Assembly (NCBI GenBank): GCA_965287045.1
Contig: OZ336874.1
Coordinates: forward strand, 65,472,001 to 65,536,000
Length of the DNA: 64,000 bases
Direction: 5' to 3'
Source: Carcharhinus amblyrhynchos
Taxonomy: Eukaryota
Every line of letters starts with the position of its first letter. Within the stretch, counting starts at the first letter, position 1. The notes under the pieces were generated by a model. That model was not told where the DNA came from. It saw nothing but the letters and a program-made list of their open reading frames with translations, and did no database searches. Both the position numbers and the translations under genes were made by a program. Shown here in pieces: positions 1-14,345 of the stretch.

Positions 1-3000
1 ATAAATAAATACCCAATGTACTGCATTTCCCTCATACAGTAAGGAATTATGAATATATATTTTACTCTGAATGAAAGGTTTTCCTTTTTTCCCGCTATTC
101 ATTTCCAAAGCAGAGATGCTTTGAACTTGATCTTCTGTGGAAAGTCCATATCTTATCAGGGCAAGATGGTTACCTTCATAACCTTCAATTATCAAGAGTT
201 TCATCCGAACTGAATAAAACTACAAAACCCCTCACCGACCGACACTGCAGTCACATAGAAAGGAGCAACCTTCTCCAGCTCAGGTCCCCGAGGACCTGTA
301 AACTGAACAATCCCACAATTTAATTCCCTGAAGAACTGTCAAAATGCTACTGTGGGGAAGAACCTAAACGTGCTGGTGTTCTTATCTCCAGGTCACACTG
401 CTGCATTTTATGAGGTGAGAAAGCAAGACAGGCCTAAAACAGGCGATGCCACAGTACGTTGGTAATGTGTCTGTCCTCAAACTTTTCTCCAACCATCCCT
501 CCCACAATTAAAAAAAATCCCCCCATCTGGAAAATCCATGAAATAAGGGTGGCTCAAACTATTTGGCCGTTCTCCTCCTTTCACAATGCTAGCTATGGTA
601 TTGTGGACCTCTCAGCTGTGTTAAATTCTTGAACATGTCAACAATATTTACAACACTAATGCATTTGTATCGCCAGAGGGTTTTTTTCTCTCTCTCTCTC
701 CCTCCTTCAGACCCATCCCAGAGACGACTAGTTCCAGTCACAACTGACTGCAGCAGTGCAGCTGTGACAACAGAGACAGAACAAGAAAAAAAGATGAAAC
801 ACAAATGTATAATTAAAAATGCTTGCAAAAAAAACGAGAAAGAGCTTCAGAATTTTGAAGAGAAAGGGACAAGCAAGTCCTTTCAGGGGCTGCTGCAATA
901 AAACTATGGAAGACGGGAGACCAGTGAAGACACTTAACATTTGTCTGCAGTGAAAGCCTTTGTTTAAGCATTTCCCTTCGGGGTTTTGCTATGCCAAACC
1001 AAAGGAGCCACTTTATTGGCTCACTCCTGCTGTGAGCACTGCAAGTTGATTGGTCCCTCCTCAGCTCTGCAGCACAAAGCACAAAGGAAAGGAGCTTTAG
1101 CAAAGAGAAAACACTGCAGTACCATAACCAAAACAAAATACTGTTTCCAGTGGCTCGAAAAGAACCCAAATGTGAGCCTGCAAAGAAATCAATTTTAACT
1201 AAGAAAAAAACCTGGCAATGTTCATCCCCGGCCTAAAGGCTGCCCCCGTCCCTTTCAGAATCACATCAAACCTGAATCTCATGGCTGATAGTTCAATCGA
1301 CCAGGGAAGGCGAAAAAAAGGCTTGATCAATTGGAGCTTGCTGCCAAAACCCATGCATCAAATTAACCTTTTCTCTCACGGACGCGGCTAATGATAAATC
1401 AACATCCAGCTCAAAAAAAACCCCCAGCACCTTAGCCAAATGGAAGATTTTCCACAGAAGTCGGCAGACCTGCAGCTTATTGTTGGAGGAGTCATGCCAG
1501 CTCTGGAATTCCAAACATCTTCACGTAAACAGCCTCTGACCTTCTTTTTTAACTGCTAGGGGGTTTACTGAAGCATGCTGCATGCCGCCATGCCCTTTTA
1601 ACCACAGGACTCATAAAAAATTACACTGTTAAATTACACCCATGAACACCATACACTGAGGCCCCTGTCAGAGCTCCACTCAACACTTGCAACACATTTT
1701 AGCAGTGGAGTGCAGTGAGAAATCCTTCCATCGCCTCACAGACCCTAAATGCTTCTCACAGTATTTAGATAATGTCAAGACAAATAAAGCTTTGTGGCGA
1801 AACGCAGACTGGCAAGTCTGTTCAGCTTTCAAAAAAAAGGCAAATAAAGACCGACTGCAAAAACATGTTTTTCTTTGGTGACAGGCTGCACCAGGTAATG
1901 AAAATTTACGATGTTTTGCATACGTGGAAAGAAGCACCAATTTCACTTACATTAAAGCTATTTATAGATGAAAGTGTTTTTGTCTGAGGGATCTCTGAGC
2001 TAGATGAACAATGGGGCTCCGCGTCCAATTGCACAGTACTACATTTCTACATGTAAACCGGTAGTGGGTGGGCATACCAGATCCTCCCAGTTAACTGCTG
2101 TGTGAAAGGAAGGGAATTAAGAGCTTGCAGGATTCTACTCCATGTTTTTCTCTTTTATTGAATAGCCTGTAGCTTTTTATTTAAGTGGTGCAGGTAAAGG
2201 CAACTAATAAGGAGCAACATCTTTATATTAGCCTGATAACCACAAGGACTACACCAAGACTGGGAAAAAAACTGTACTCGAGCACAAATGAAGTACAGAT
2301 TTCCTACCACTTAGCGCATACTAAAATAAACCTGCTTCAGGAGATTCAGGTTAATCAGGCATTTTAATTTGTGCTGACCACAGACTGAATCCCAGGCTGC
2401 AGAGAACTGCCCTGTCTGGGAGAAGAAACAAGTGTGTGAAGTTTTGCACATGTTAATTTGATCACTGTAATTCGCGCCACCAACAGGAACTCGGTACACA
2501 TTCCGTCAGCCAGCACGTGTGTATTTCTCCCACCATGTTGCCACTGTTGTGTGTTCGTTCCCCCGTGTCCGCCTCCTGCTCCCCTTGCTGCTCCCTCCTC
2601 TTCCTGGTGTCCTTCAGAAGGTGGGCAGGAGCAGTGCAGAGTTAGAGGAAGCAGCGAGCTTGGAGGAAGTGGGTGGGTGGTGGGGCTGTCTTAGCATAAG
2701 AGTCCAAACACCTTTTTCAAATGAGGTGGCTGCCTAGGTCAATTACACATCCTGCTTGGCGACTTTCGCACCATGAGAGTTTGAGACAGCTGCTGAGGGG
2801 TGATCTTATCAGCTCATCCTGCTGGTTGGCCAGCATAGTGAGCCGGTAAGATTGGGTGAGAGGTGAGAAATTGGGGTTGCGCCTGGTTTCTCTCGTCTCA
2901 CAACATTACTGGCTCTGCTTTGCCAGTGAAATTGGCTTCATGCCCAGGAAGGGCGCTAGGCTAATTTCGATACTTATGAGGTTATTATTAATGAATCTCA

Positions 3001-3104
3001 GATGCGATCGTCCGAGCTCACTTGAACTTACCTGCTCACCAGTCGAGCTCCTCGCTGACGAGGATCACTACGGTTCCCGTCATGGAAATCCCACGTACCA
3101 AGCA

Positions 3105-3305
3105 ACTCAAGAACAGCTTCTTCCCTGCTGCTGTCAGACTTTTGAATGGACTTACCTTGCAATAAGTTGATCTTTCTCTACACCCTAGCTATGACTGTAA
3201 CACTGCATTCTGCATTCTCTCGTTTCCTTCTCTGTGAACAGTATGTTTTGTCTGTATTAGCATGCAACAATACTTTCCACTATATGTTAATACATGTGAC
3301 AATAA
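3105..3305 (+). mobile_element. Rex1/Babar LINE 3' fragment
   Basis: ctcaagaacagcttcttccct...cagacttttgaatggac...taagttgatc...acaccctagctatgactgtaacact...tgtgacaataa aligns directly with 54365-54570. Confidence 0.85.
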
Positions 3306-6300
3306 AAGAGGTTCCATGGTGCAAATCACATTTGGCTCTCCCTTGCTCAATTCTCCACTCACGCAATTCATGCTGGGGGAGGGGGGGGGTGTGTACACAG
3401 GACAGGAGAATTGTCCCCTTAAATTCCACTGAAGGCCTGGGTATGGGAACCACTAACGTAGGGAATCTCCTTCCTGCCCAATCTACTCCTAACAGGACAT
3501 TAGATACAATTTAATTACAAGGCCAGGATCTATTGTATCCAGCTGCCAGCCTCGCTAGTTTTTGACTGTTCTAGTTACAGCATAATAGTATAACTACTGC
3601 GGATTTCTGGGAGCTGCACTTGGTACTGTAGCTGACTAAAGATGTTATTATATTGGTGGCCACAGGTCTGCCATGGTCATGGGAGTAATAAGAGTCATTT
3701 GAAATGACAAATTGAGAGCATCATACAAGAAGCACAGTGTGATACTCCAACACATTACCTGAAGTGTAATTTCCTATTATTTCATATTGCTTCCAATGCA
3801 CTAAATAGCTTACTGCCAACACTGCCGATATTGCTTTTTTGCACTTGGGTGTTGTGTTTAGTAATTGTCTGGGTACAGCGCATAAAGGAACATTTACTGG
3901 GAGAATTGCAAATCTGGAATGCAGCACACCTGTCCCACTGTACAAGAGGAAAATCTGTCCCGTACAATGAGTTAGAGATGGTAAAAGGTACATATGGCTG
4001 CCTTATGTCCTGTGCAACTAATGGTTCTGTAAGAACTGCAGGAGTTCCGTATAAAAGTACAACATTCCTAGATATAATTGTGCTGCACAGTTTCAAACCT
4101 TTAGGTCAGGGAAATGTCAATTATTGCTCAGCGTCAAACTATCTTGAGTACAAAGTGGTGATTAGTAACCCCTTGTAATGCTAAGGACCAGGCTTATCTG
4201 AACAAATAATGTGCTGCAGTACAGTGGAGGGCAACAGCACAAGGAGAAATAGAATGAAACACTTTATGCTCTGGAGCACATTATGCCATAAATTGTAGGG
4301 CTGACTGTGTCATTTGTCTTCTGTGAAAGGACGGATGAGCGCTCCCAGATTATTACTGATCGTCCCTGGACTACATCTGCTCATGTACCAAAAATGGAAG
4401 AGGAAGGTTTGAGAATAATCTAATACCGTAAACATTTTTGTTATAACTGGAAAACACACCAAGGTTTAACAAACAGAAATACAAGTTACATTTGCTGTCA
4501 CTGTTCTTCAGGCTATGAAAGCCATAAAGCATGAGTTATGCTTTAAAATAAACTTGCCTGATGATATAAGTTCCTCTGAGTTAAAGCTTCAGAATTGGGT
4601 AACACATTGACATTCGGGGGATCAGTGCACTTTGTTGGAAAACTCCTGTGGTTGTTACAGAACTTTCAATGAGAGGCATACAACAGCCACTAAACATAAC
4701 AGGGCCAGGACTTCACAGTATCAACTAGACCGCTTCTCTAGTAGCTGAGACTTACAACCAGTAAAATCTCCGGGCACATCCTTAGGCTACCTACAATTAG
4801 TCCCAGCACTTCTGCATTAGAGGAGGGGAAAAATTAATTGGCTAGGTTTTCCAGTCCTCCTGGGTATCCAGAGGCCTTACCTAGAAGTACAGAAACGTGG
4901 ACAAGAAGTGTGGCGTCAGCTGCTGTCAAATAGTGTGCGTGTGCACAGTTGAATAGTGTTTGCATGGGCTCAAAACTAGATGTAAATTGTATCCCTGAAA
5001 ACAGCACAATTAGGGAACAGCAGCAAGGATAAAATGGGTCAAATCTTGACGAATACTCAGAAAGCCAAAGTAGCATCACCTCGTACAGAGTATTTCTTTC
5101 ACCAATATTTCCTGTTATCCTTAAGCTCTGAAAGTGGACTATATTTACAGCCCTTCAGGAAACTGAGGCAATCTGTTTGGAAATTCACCCACCTCCGCTC
5201 GCATAATTATAGGGTGTGAACAACTGAAAAATTGCCACCAGCCACCAAGGCAATGTTTGTTAAATGTCAACTCTCCCCCAGCTTTATCTGCAATTTTCAA
5301 GTGAAACTTGTTCTCAGCTGCACAGAACAGTGTATCTACTGAAATGAAACTCCAGCACAAAACGGAAGAATGTTTGCCATTGGGGACTGTGTGTTCCAAT
5401 GCTATGAGATTTTCATCACTGTCATATCTCAGCAGCCTTTGTTCTGCCGCCTGATGTGTAATATTGATCCAAACATAAAATCATTGCTGTTCTAAGAAAA
5501 CCACATTCAAGCTTATTCACTGCTTAAGCACAGACCAAATTCTGAGTGGTTAGCTAACATCTGGCTTTACAATTCGAAAATCCCCTCCGCCCCAGAAACA
5601 GGTAACCCGCCAGCACTTTCCCCGCCCACACATGTCCACGTGCAGCCACTTCTTCTGTGGGAAGGGACTGAGAACTCTAAACAAGTAAGCTTCAAGTTAA
5701 ATTATTCCTTCCAGCCACACAACCAGTATTCCCTCATCACTTGGTTGACTTATCCAGACAAACGCACAATCTCAGCTCCAATTTACCTAAAAGTAGAAAA
5801 TAAGACTTGTGTCTCCTCACTCCAAATTAGATTCAGATCCCTGACGAGTATAATACAATAATCTTTGGGAGATGCTCTATAAAAATTGGTGAAAAGCTCT
5901 ATGGTTAAAAATCATCACTATATTATATAAAGGGATTTGCATTAATAAACACGACATTTACATTTACATTTATACACTGTTTTTCCTGTCTTCAAGACAC
6001 TCCGAAAGTATTTCATGACCAAAGGATTACATTTTTTGTAATACAATCAGTTTTTTTTTGGTTAGCATAGTCATCCCACACTGCAAGAATGCACAAACAC
6101 AAAATGACACTAACAAGCAGTTAAGCGGCTAAATAACATCTAAATGAAAAACTGCTAGTGCCAGCAGACATGTGAGAAATATGCAAGTTAATAGGTGCAT
6201 GGATTTGAGCTTCATATCTCCACTGTAGCTCCGTGGTGCACAATTATACAGCCCATTAAGACATATGTTTGGCCACTCCTGTCATAGGTTGCAAACATAT

Positions 6301-6306
6301 CTGATT

Positions 6307-7072
6307 CTTACATAGGAAATAGGTCATTTGGCCCTTCATGGCCAATTATCCGACTCAATAGCCTGATCCTGCCTTCCCCTTCATCCTTTGATCCCCTTCA
6401 CCCCAAAAGCTATATCTAACTTTTTCTTAAAAATATACAATGTTTTGGCCTCAACTGCTTTCTGTGGTGAATTACACAGGCTTATCTCAGTCCTAAATTG
6501 TTTACCTGTTATCCTCAGTCTGTGATCGCTGGTTTTGGACTCCCTTACCATCAGGAACATCATTCCTGCATCTATCTTTCTAACTCTGTTAGAATTTTAG
6601 TGGTTTCTATGAGATTCCCGCTCTTCTTCTAAACCCCACCGAATATAATCCTAACACATTCAAACTATCCTCATACTCCAGCCCCACCTTCCAAAAAATA
6701 AGTCTGGTAAACCTTCACTACACTTCCTTTAGAGCAAGAACATCCTTCCTTAGATAAGAAGACCAAAACTGCACACATATTCCAGGTATGATCTTGCCAC
6801 GTCCCTGTATAATGGCAGCAAGACATCCCTGCTCTTGTACGCGATACCCCTCATGATGAAGGCTTTTATCCCATTTGGCTGCTTTACCGCCTGCTTCACC
6901 TAGATGTGACTGGTATGAGGACACTCTGGTCTTGCTGCACGTTCCCCTCTCTTAATTAATAGACATTCAGATAATAATCTGCCTTCCTGTGTTTGCTACC
7001 AAAGTAGATAGCCTCACATTTATCTGAAATATATTGAATCTATACATGCATTTGCCCATTCACTTAGCTTGT
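6307..7072 (-). mobile_element. CR1/HER1-type LINE 3' fragment, degraded
   Basis: Minus-strand peptides CVQFWSSYLRKDVLALKEV and NSPQKAVEAKTLYIFKKKLD are typical of the CR1 ORF2 C-terminus. Frameshifted. Confidence 0.85.
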
Positions 7073-8904
7073 CAGATTCCTAACTTGCCAAATGTGTTCA
7101 ATTTTAATAGAGTGTAAAAGGCCAAATGAAAAATAAAGGTAACGACAGAGACCGAATTTTATATTGCATACTAACTCCTCTTGTGACAAACAAAACCAGA
7201 AAATGTTGTCAAAATTATGGATTGTCCAGAAATAGGTACGTCCTTGAAAAGGACATGAACATGGACGCTCAAACCAATGAAGATCTGGAACAGGACTTTG
7301 GACGATGAACTGCTTCAGTCAATAAATAATACATGAAGGGTGCCTTGTAAATTGAAAGATAAGATAAAATGGAAAAATGGTTCTTAAAAAACAATTTCAC
7401 CCCAACAGCAAAACACAATGATATTCTTATGTTTCTCAAAACGTTTCGCAAAATGTCACTGAAATGAAACTTCTGCCTGTTAAGGGGAGTTTGGGTCTGT
7501 TCCCTATATACAGTTCAAGGCCTTTTACCCACAGCCGTTTTCTTTCATTTCAAACTCAAAAAGCCTTTTGATTAATCCCAGGAGCTGACCTTTAAACTCT
7601 CCTTCAAGGACTTCCACTCTCTGTAAATCACACACACAATTAAATATCAATATCCTATCCATATTAATAAGCCTCATTGTGCTCCATGGATGAGTGGGAA
7701 CTGGTAGCATGGCTGCAGCTTTCCCCCTCCTCCATTCCCACTGCACTATAAAAGCCACAACTGTCCTTTCTTACAGCTTTCCCTTACTGCTATCCTTCTA
7801 CACGGCTGCACATCAATTATCATGAACACTCACATGCAGGGCTTTCATCTTCTCTGTCACGGTTGCTTCCTGCAGCTTCATTAATTATAGGATCACTGCA
7901 ACTGTTTACTGCAAAAGATTTTGTGCCATTATCCGCCAAACCACGGCCTCTAAGAGCTGAATCCCTCCCTTTTCTCCCTCACACCAAATTCAATCTCCTG
8001 CAACCTTAACACCTTCCAAATACTCAATACACACATGCACAAACACATATCACACCTTAAAAAACCATTTACAATGTGGGGGGAGTCATTATTTAAAATA
8101 ATTTTAAAAAATGTTTTTAACCCAGTGATTAAATTATTATGAAGATATTACCGTTCTAAATGACAGAAACAAGTGATATTAACTAATTGTTTGCCTTAAC
8201 TATTTTGTAATTAGTCAATTTGACTTTGTTTATTACAGAGCTCTGAATACATTGGTATTTTTACATCCTGCGAGACACTGTGTGGCAAATTTATTTGTTT
8301 TCTCTGTAATGTTAAGTCATTTATCAAAACATAACGAGATATCTCACTCTTCAGCGACCTGTATACATGCCTTCCCATTATGCATCTTCACAAGAACCTT
8401 ACAAAAACCAACAAGTCAGGCAAATTGCTTCAACAATCTTAATATTTTGACACTTGTTTTTTTAAAAATAAAACTTCTTTTGAAAGCCTTATTTAACAAA
8501 AATAAATTCTGGAACACTAAACTGTTTATAGTTCCAAAGCTACAAGGGTTCATAGCTTCCAACATGCCTGAAAGCCCATTAATGTCTTTTTAAAAATGCT
8601 GTACAATTTGTGCCAGCCCCAGGCTCTTTTTCAATCAGTTCCAAGTAAAACAAAAAGCATTCATAAGCCCTCTTGGCACCCAGCTGCTGTCTCCCTAAAT
8701 CAGCACTCTCTTAACCAGCTCTTTATTAACATGGCCAAAGAAACAACTCCTTTTAAAACGCAATGCTTCGCTGACCACAGGCTTTAAGTCATATTTACCT
8801 TTAATGTCATGAAAACCAAACAGAAAAAAATAATAAAAGCCTGTTTATATTTCAGAGGACCTTACACACGCTGTTTGTACTGTAAAGCCCACTATATTGA
8901 GATG

Positions 8905-9135
8905 TTTCAACCAAGGCCCTGTCTGGCTGTCCAGGTGGGTGTAAAAGATCCCAGCAGGGGAATTCATTCTTCCATTGCCCTGGCCAACACAACCAGGGGA
9001 GAAAAATGCAGATGAACTGGTATACAAATTGTCAGCCGCACCCGTCCACGTAACAACAGTTATGGCACTTCAATAGTACTTCATAGGTTGTGAGGTGCTT
9101 TGAGACATCATGGGGATGTGAAAGGCTGTATTCAA
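8905..9135 (+). mobile_element. Deu-domain SINE (SacSINE1/AmnSINE-like) fragment
   Basis: aggtgggtgtaaaagatccc...agcaggggaattc...ccctggccaac resembles the Deu core, followed by the tail acttcataggttgtgaggtgctttgagacatc...tgaaaggc. Confidence 0.6.
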
Positions 9136-9175
9136 CCTCCTTCTTTCTATCACCTCCATGTTTTAGTATTTTTTT

Positions 9176-9243
9176 TATTTGGATTTGATTTATAATGTAT
9201 TAGTACACAGTGAAAAGTATTGTGTCTTGTGCACTACAGAGAC
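9176..9243 (-). mobile_element. Rex1-type 3' tail fragment
   Basis: atttgattt...tattagtacacagtgaaaagtattgtgtcttgtgcactacagagac is the reverse complement of 54505-54580. Confidence 0.65.
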
Positions 9244-11252
9244 ATCTTCTTACAAAGTCTCTGCTTTGCCGTGTATTAATTAGCTTAATCTTTTCGACAA
9301 TTTGTGGAAAATGTGCAGAATACACGCACACACACATAAACACAGTAGGCTTACTTTGAAAGGTTATAGGCATTTTTTAAATGTTAAGGAAAGGAGATTG
9401 CCATGTACATTTTGTTCATTAATCTCTCCTTAATCCACAGTTTTAAATCATAATTATACTATTAGATGAAAGCCATGAACAGCTGTGTTTACTATTTCAG
9501 CAAGGGTTTAATGTGAAAATGGCGACCGTACATGCCTTATTTTGCTCACAACAATGCACACAAAGTCAAGAAGTTACTTGAAATGGTACCTGGTGTTTTT
9601 TCCTGCCTGTGTTTCTTTAAATAAATATAAATCTAAATTGTGTATTGCTTTTCCGTCCCTCAGTCTCTCCTGCCTTACATTCCAAAGTTCTCTATCCTCG
9701 GCATAAAATTAAACTACAAGTGCTTCAATCATGTGCTTAGAGACCAGAGCTTTTCTGTAAACAAGACTAATGGAGTGCAACTAATAGACTTCTCCAGGAG
9801 CATGGTTAGTTAACAGGGTCTTTGTCAGCAGTCACTGAAGCAAAGTCGCCTTTTGCTTGGATAGTAGAAAAAGCACCATTCCCAGAAAAGCCTTCAGTTT
9901 GCTGGTTACAGATTGACTTGCCTGAATATGTGTCAGCATTATACAATCAACACCTTATCTTCCTCATAGAGCACATGTACAATTCAAAAGCCTAGCTCTA
10001 TTTACTGCGGCCTCCCCCGAGTTCACAGGCAGTACAATGCAATGCTATAGTGTTAACTGACCCCCTTCTCTCTTTACAAAGCAATTGGGCAAAATCATTT
10101 TTTTGCAAAGCTACAACAACCAGCCATTTAAACCCCATCCTAAATGTAACAAAGCTCTGAATCAAAGGCTGGAGGTTCATGGAAAAGTAAGATTGATCAA
10201 TATCATACGTCTCACTGTATCGGGATGCTATCAGATCTTTCCTGTTTCTTCCTAACTACATTAGCACATGTCCTACCACTTCTGGGTCGATGAGGACTAT
10301 CCATTGCTGGTAAGGTCATCTTCTGGTTTCTCTTACTGTCCACTGCAGCAATTTCTTAGAATAAGCTTTTATCATCAGTCCACATTTCCAGGTCATGCTG
10401 AATCTCTCAGAAGCAGAGTATTTCTTAGTGTTCAATTTGAATTTTCCATCAAATTCTTGAAACAGCATAGACAATGGAAGGTCTCTGGACCCTGCATTAA
10501 GAACCAAAGATTCTCAGCTTTATATGGTGTCTTGGTGAAACAACTTGGGATTTCTGTGTAGTCTAAGTTTTAAATCCATATTCCCTTTGATTCCATAGGC
10601 TCTGCAGTTCTTGGAATTTACTCTTACCCCTATTTCTGGATTGGCTCCAGAAGTTCATTGATACTGAACAAATTTCTATTAAACCAAGAAATACTTTCTG
10701 CCTCTCCAAAAGTACCGTTACTGGAACCACAAGTAGTTGGACATTGTGGTTCCTCAGTGCCACCATTCATAGATGAAGTCCAGATGCAACTTAAACTCAA
10801 TGTTGCACTAGTTTTCAAAGTGATCCTTTTTGCTTAACTTAACCTTCAAATTAATTTACATTCTGTTGAATGTAAGCTCTTCCATGAACCAATGTAGGTG
10901 GGTGGCAATTTACAATATAATTTTGTTTTTAAATTGATATACTTTGGAGTGGGAATCTTGATGAAGTTTTATTAATATAGTTGAAACTGAGTTAGTCGCA
11001 AAAAAACCCTGATTTTAAATAACGGAAAATGGCTGACAGAACCAGTTACTAGCTTCATTGGTGTAAGGAAGTAATTTTCTGACTATTTTTTTAAATATTT
11101 AAAACATTTTTAGAAAGTTCCCATTTAGGTGCTTGCATCTTTTATGAAGCTTAAAGACTTTCCATGAAGGGCTGCAAATGGGCACCATTTAGTGGAAATG
11201 CGCCATGGTGAAACTGAGGAGTTGGGTGACACCAAACAAAATGGTCATGACA

Positions 11253-11615
11253 ATGATTTGATTTATTATTGTCACATGTTTTAGTATACAGTGAAAAGTG
11301 TTGTTTCTTGCGTGCTATATAGACAAGGCATACCATATTAAAGAAGGAAAGGAGAGAGCGCAGAATGTAGTGTTACAGTCGTAGCTAGGGTGTAGAGAAA
11401 GATCAACTTAATGTGAGATAGGTCCATTCAAAAGTCTGATCGTAGCAGGGAAGAAGCTGTTCTTCACTTGGTTGGAATGTGATCTCAGACTTTCTTATCT
11501 TTTTCCCGATTGAAGAAGGTGGAAGAGAGAGAATGTCTGGGGTGCGTGGGGTCCTTGATTATGCTGGTTGCTTTGCTGAGGCAGCGGGAACTGTAGACAG
11601 AGCCAACGGATAGGA
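11253..11615 (-). mobile_element. Rex1/Babar LINE 3' fragment
   Basis: Reverse complement of 54230-54580, including the (AATCA)n tail and gaagaagctgttctt. Confidence 0.9.
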
Positions 11616-13974
11616 TAATAAATTGACACAGGAATCATTCCCTGTGCATTATGTGTACTACAGGATCACACAGTTCATGTATTTTCAGTTTCTTTGGTGT
11701 TTCCCAATGCTGGTAACTAGAAGGAAAAGTTGTCTTTTCAGAGTATCACAGAATTCATATTTTTGCTTAGATGAACACCTAGCCAATACAGGTAATTCCA
11801 TCATCTAATAACAGTATCCACATAAAGACACTTAACTGCTAGACAGGTTGCTTTGCTACTGGCAACAGTAATTTATATATAAAACTCAACCATGTGAAGA
11901 GCATCCAAGAGTAAAGCAAGATTTCTGTATAAATTATTGATTACACTTTGCCCTCATCTCAAACGTTGGCCCTACAGTTGATAAGCTAAACCCTGATGGC
12001 ACATCAAGCCCTTTCAGAAGAGGCAAGAACATTATTGCCTTGCACTAGGGACTGCAGTGTGAGAGCAGATCAATCAGGCTTGTGACAGCTTTTACAGCCT
12101 CTTTACGCAGGCCAATTTGGCCAGTAAGCTTCTTTTGTTCGTTTTTTTCCCCCTCTCTATTCTTCCTCACGCTGATTAACCTTAGATTTTCAAAGACACG
12201 GCATTCTTGAAAAGGGAAGGAATTTTTACATTATATAGGTTTCAGCATATAAAGACCAGGTCCAAAATTATATTTATTGCTGTGTACCACAAACTGTTAA
12301 TTAGACAATATTGTGGTAAAACTGATATCATCTTGAAGTAGTAAACATCACCGTGAAACATTTCATTTTAAATTCTTCTCTCCAGTTTTTTCTACATAAA
12401 CAAAGAAGCAAGACCAGACTGAAACATCAGTAATTAACAAAAAAGCTTGCAATGCAATATGTTCACTTCCATACCTAAGACAGGTGGATTAGCAGTTTCA
12501 GAGTGAGAAGAACACTTGAACAATAGCGCTGAGAGACAAGTGTACGTCAATCCCCAGCAATGCTAATTAACAAGGTAAGCTAAAAAGCTCAACAATAAAT
12601 TGCTTTCAAAAGCAATGGGAAATTTAATCCAGTTTACACTTCTGTGGACACAAAGTTTTACCAAATAGGACTGCCATGAAGTAGAGAAAACAGATTGAGA
12701 GGTCAACTGATGGGATTGGTTTCTGATAATAAAACATATTCGTTTGTAGAGGAACAGAAATTAAAGTATTACTGGATGTGGCTTTCACAATACATCAGAA
12801 CAAAATGTTAGGAGTGTTTTGTGTTCAATCTCAAGCCTGTGTTGGATTAGCTGACTTGAGGCAGTACAATTGGTCACAGCACCCCAGCATTTGAAGGAAA
12901 CATTGACCGTTGCTTCTGCTCCTGATTGCTACACTATCCAGCAAGCGTACAAGCACAGGATCATGGTCAATTGTCAGATAGCCTCCCAGTATTCACTCAC
13001 AAAAGCTCAGACACAGATAATGGTTGTCCAGACCTGACAGGCCATGGGCACCTGTGGAACCGTAACCCAGTGAAGATGGGCAGCATTCTCTGATCTCATC
13101 TGTGGCCATCCTGCTGCAAGTGAGAACGGGGAATCTGGCATTGAATGGCGGGGCAGGCTCGAAGGGCTAGATGGCCTACTCCTGCTCCTATTTCTTATGT
13201 TCTTATGTTCTTATTCCAGCCAGAACTCCATTCACACTCAGGAATACCGGAGAATCCTAACCGCCAATGAGGACGGAAGTTTTCGGCACATGTCTTTGGA
13301 GAAGTAAGAAGGAGCAAAAAATTGAAGGAAGGCCGGTGGGGAGGAGTGGAGGGAGCCAACGAACACCTCTTGAATGCTTCAAAAAAAAATTTAGTATTTA
13401 TTTTACTCCAGCCTTATTAAAACAAAAATCAATGAAGAAACTATATGCTAAAGCAAAACTAAATGTAAAATATTTGAATATCCCGTTCTGAAGCAGTAAT
13501 CAGTATTTGAATAGGGCACAGATGCTGCCTGCAATAAACTGAAGGCAGCTGATGATTCACATCCAGCCTTATTTCAGTGCCTGTCACACCTGCTCCATTT
13601 GTTATGACCAAGTCCTCCGATAAGACATGACAGCTCATTTCAGCAAACTTGTCAGCCACTGAATCCATGCAATCACTGGGAGGCAAAAGAGGGAATCTGC
13701 ATGCCAATTTGATCCCAGCTTTCAGACTGTCTGTTAAACATTAAATGACTGTGCTACAGCCGCCCATAAAGAATGGTGTACCAATTCCTGCTCAACTGAA
13801 GCAAACTTTTGTTTATCTTGGCACGCAAGTCAAAAAAGCCGTATCCTGTGGTGAGTGCTACAGCGTGTGTGTACAATGTCTCAAATATCAGGACAAAAAA
13901 TAAACCACCATTACATTCAGAGCTGTATGATCACTGGCATCATTTACAACACCATTTCCAAGACTTTGCAAACA

Positions 13975-14345
13975 CTACCAGCTAGTCGGACAAGGGCACA
14001 GATGCATAGGGACACCATTTATTATCTGCAAGTTCCCCTCCAAGTCACGCACCATCCTGACTTGGAAATGTACCTGGGCCAAACACAGGCAATTGGGACG
14101 AACTGGGAGGGCACCATAGTCAGCATGGACTGGTTGGGCTGAAGGGCCTGTTTCCATGCTCTAAGACTCTATATCGCCGTTCCTTCATTGTTGTTGGGTT
14201 AAAACACTGGAATGCTTTCCTAACAGCAGTGTGGGTTTGCCTACACCACATGGCACAATTCCACCAGGCAGTTCAGCATGGCCTTCTAAAGAAGGATGGG
14301 TAATAAATGCAGACCGAGCCAGCGACCATCACATCCCACGTTTTT
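13975..14345 (+). mobile_element. CR1/L2-clade LINE 3' fragment with a nested HER1-type 3' fragment (about 14070-14172)
   Basis: Similar to 47150-47580 (acaagggcacagatgcatagggacacc...taataaatgcagaccgagccagcgaccatcacatccc). The insert ends ggctgaagggcctgtttccatgctctaagactctat. Confidence 0.7.

Noticed and set aside
3025-3105. CAG|GTAAGT donor-like site on the minus strand
   Set aside because: Lies in CpG-rich MITE-like repeat sequence abutting a Rex1 fragment; no plausible acceptor or recognisable peptide.
3721-4178. Three overlapping ORFs of 90-115 aa on both strands
   Set aside because: No motif, splice context or homology; expected by chance when alternative starts are allowed.
10200-10820. 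Exon-looking purine-rich minus-strand stretch with several short ORFs and donor-like GTGAGA/GTATGA near 10205-10215
   Set aside because: All frames are interrupted by stops, no ATG-initiated frame reaches a donor in phase 1, and no protein similarity is recognisable.
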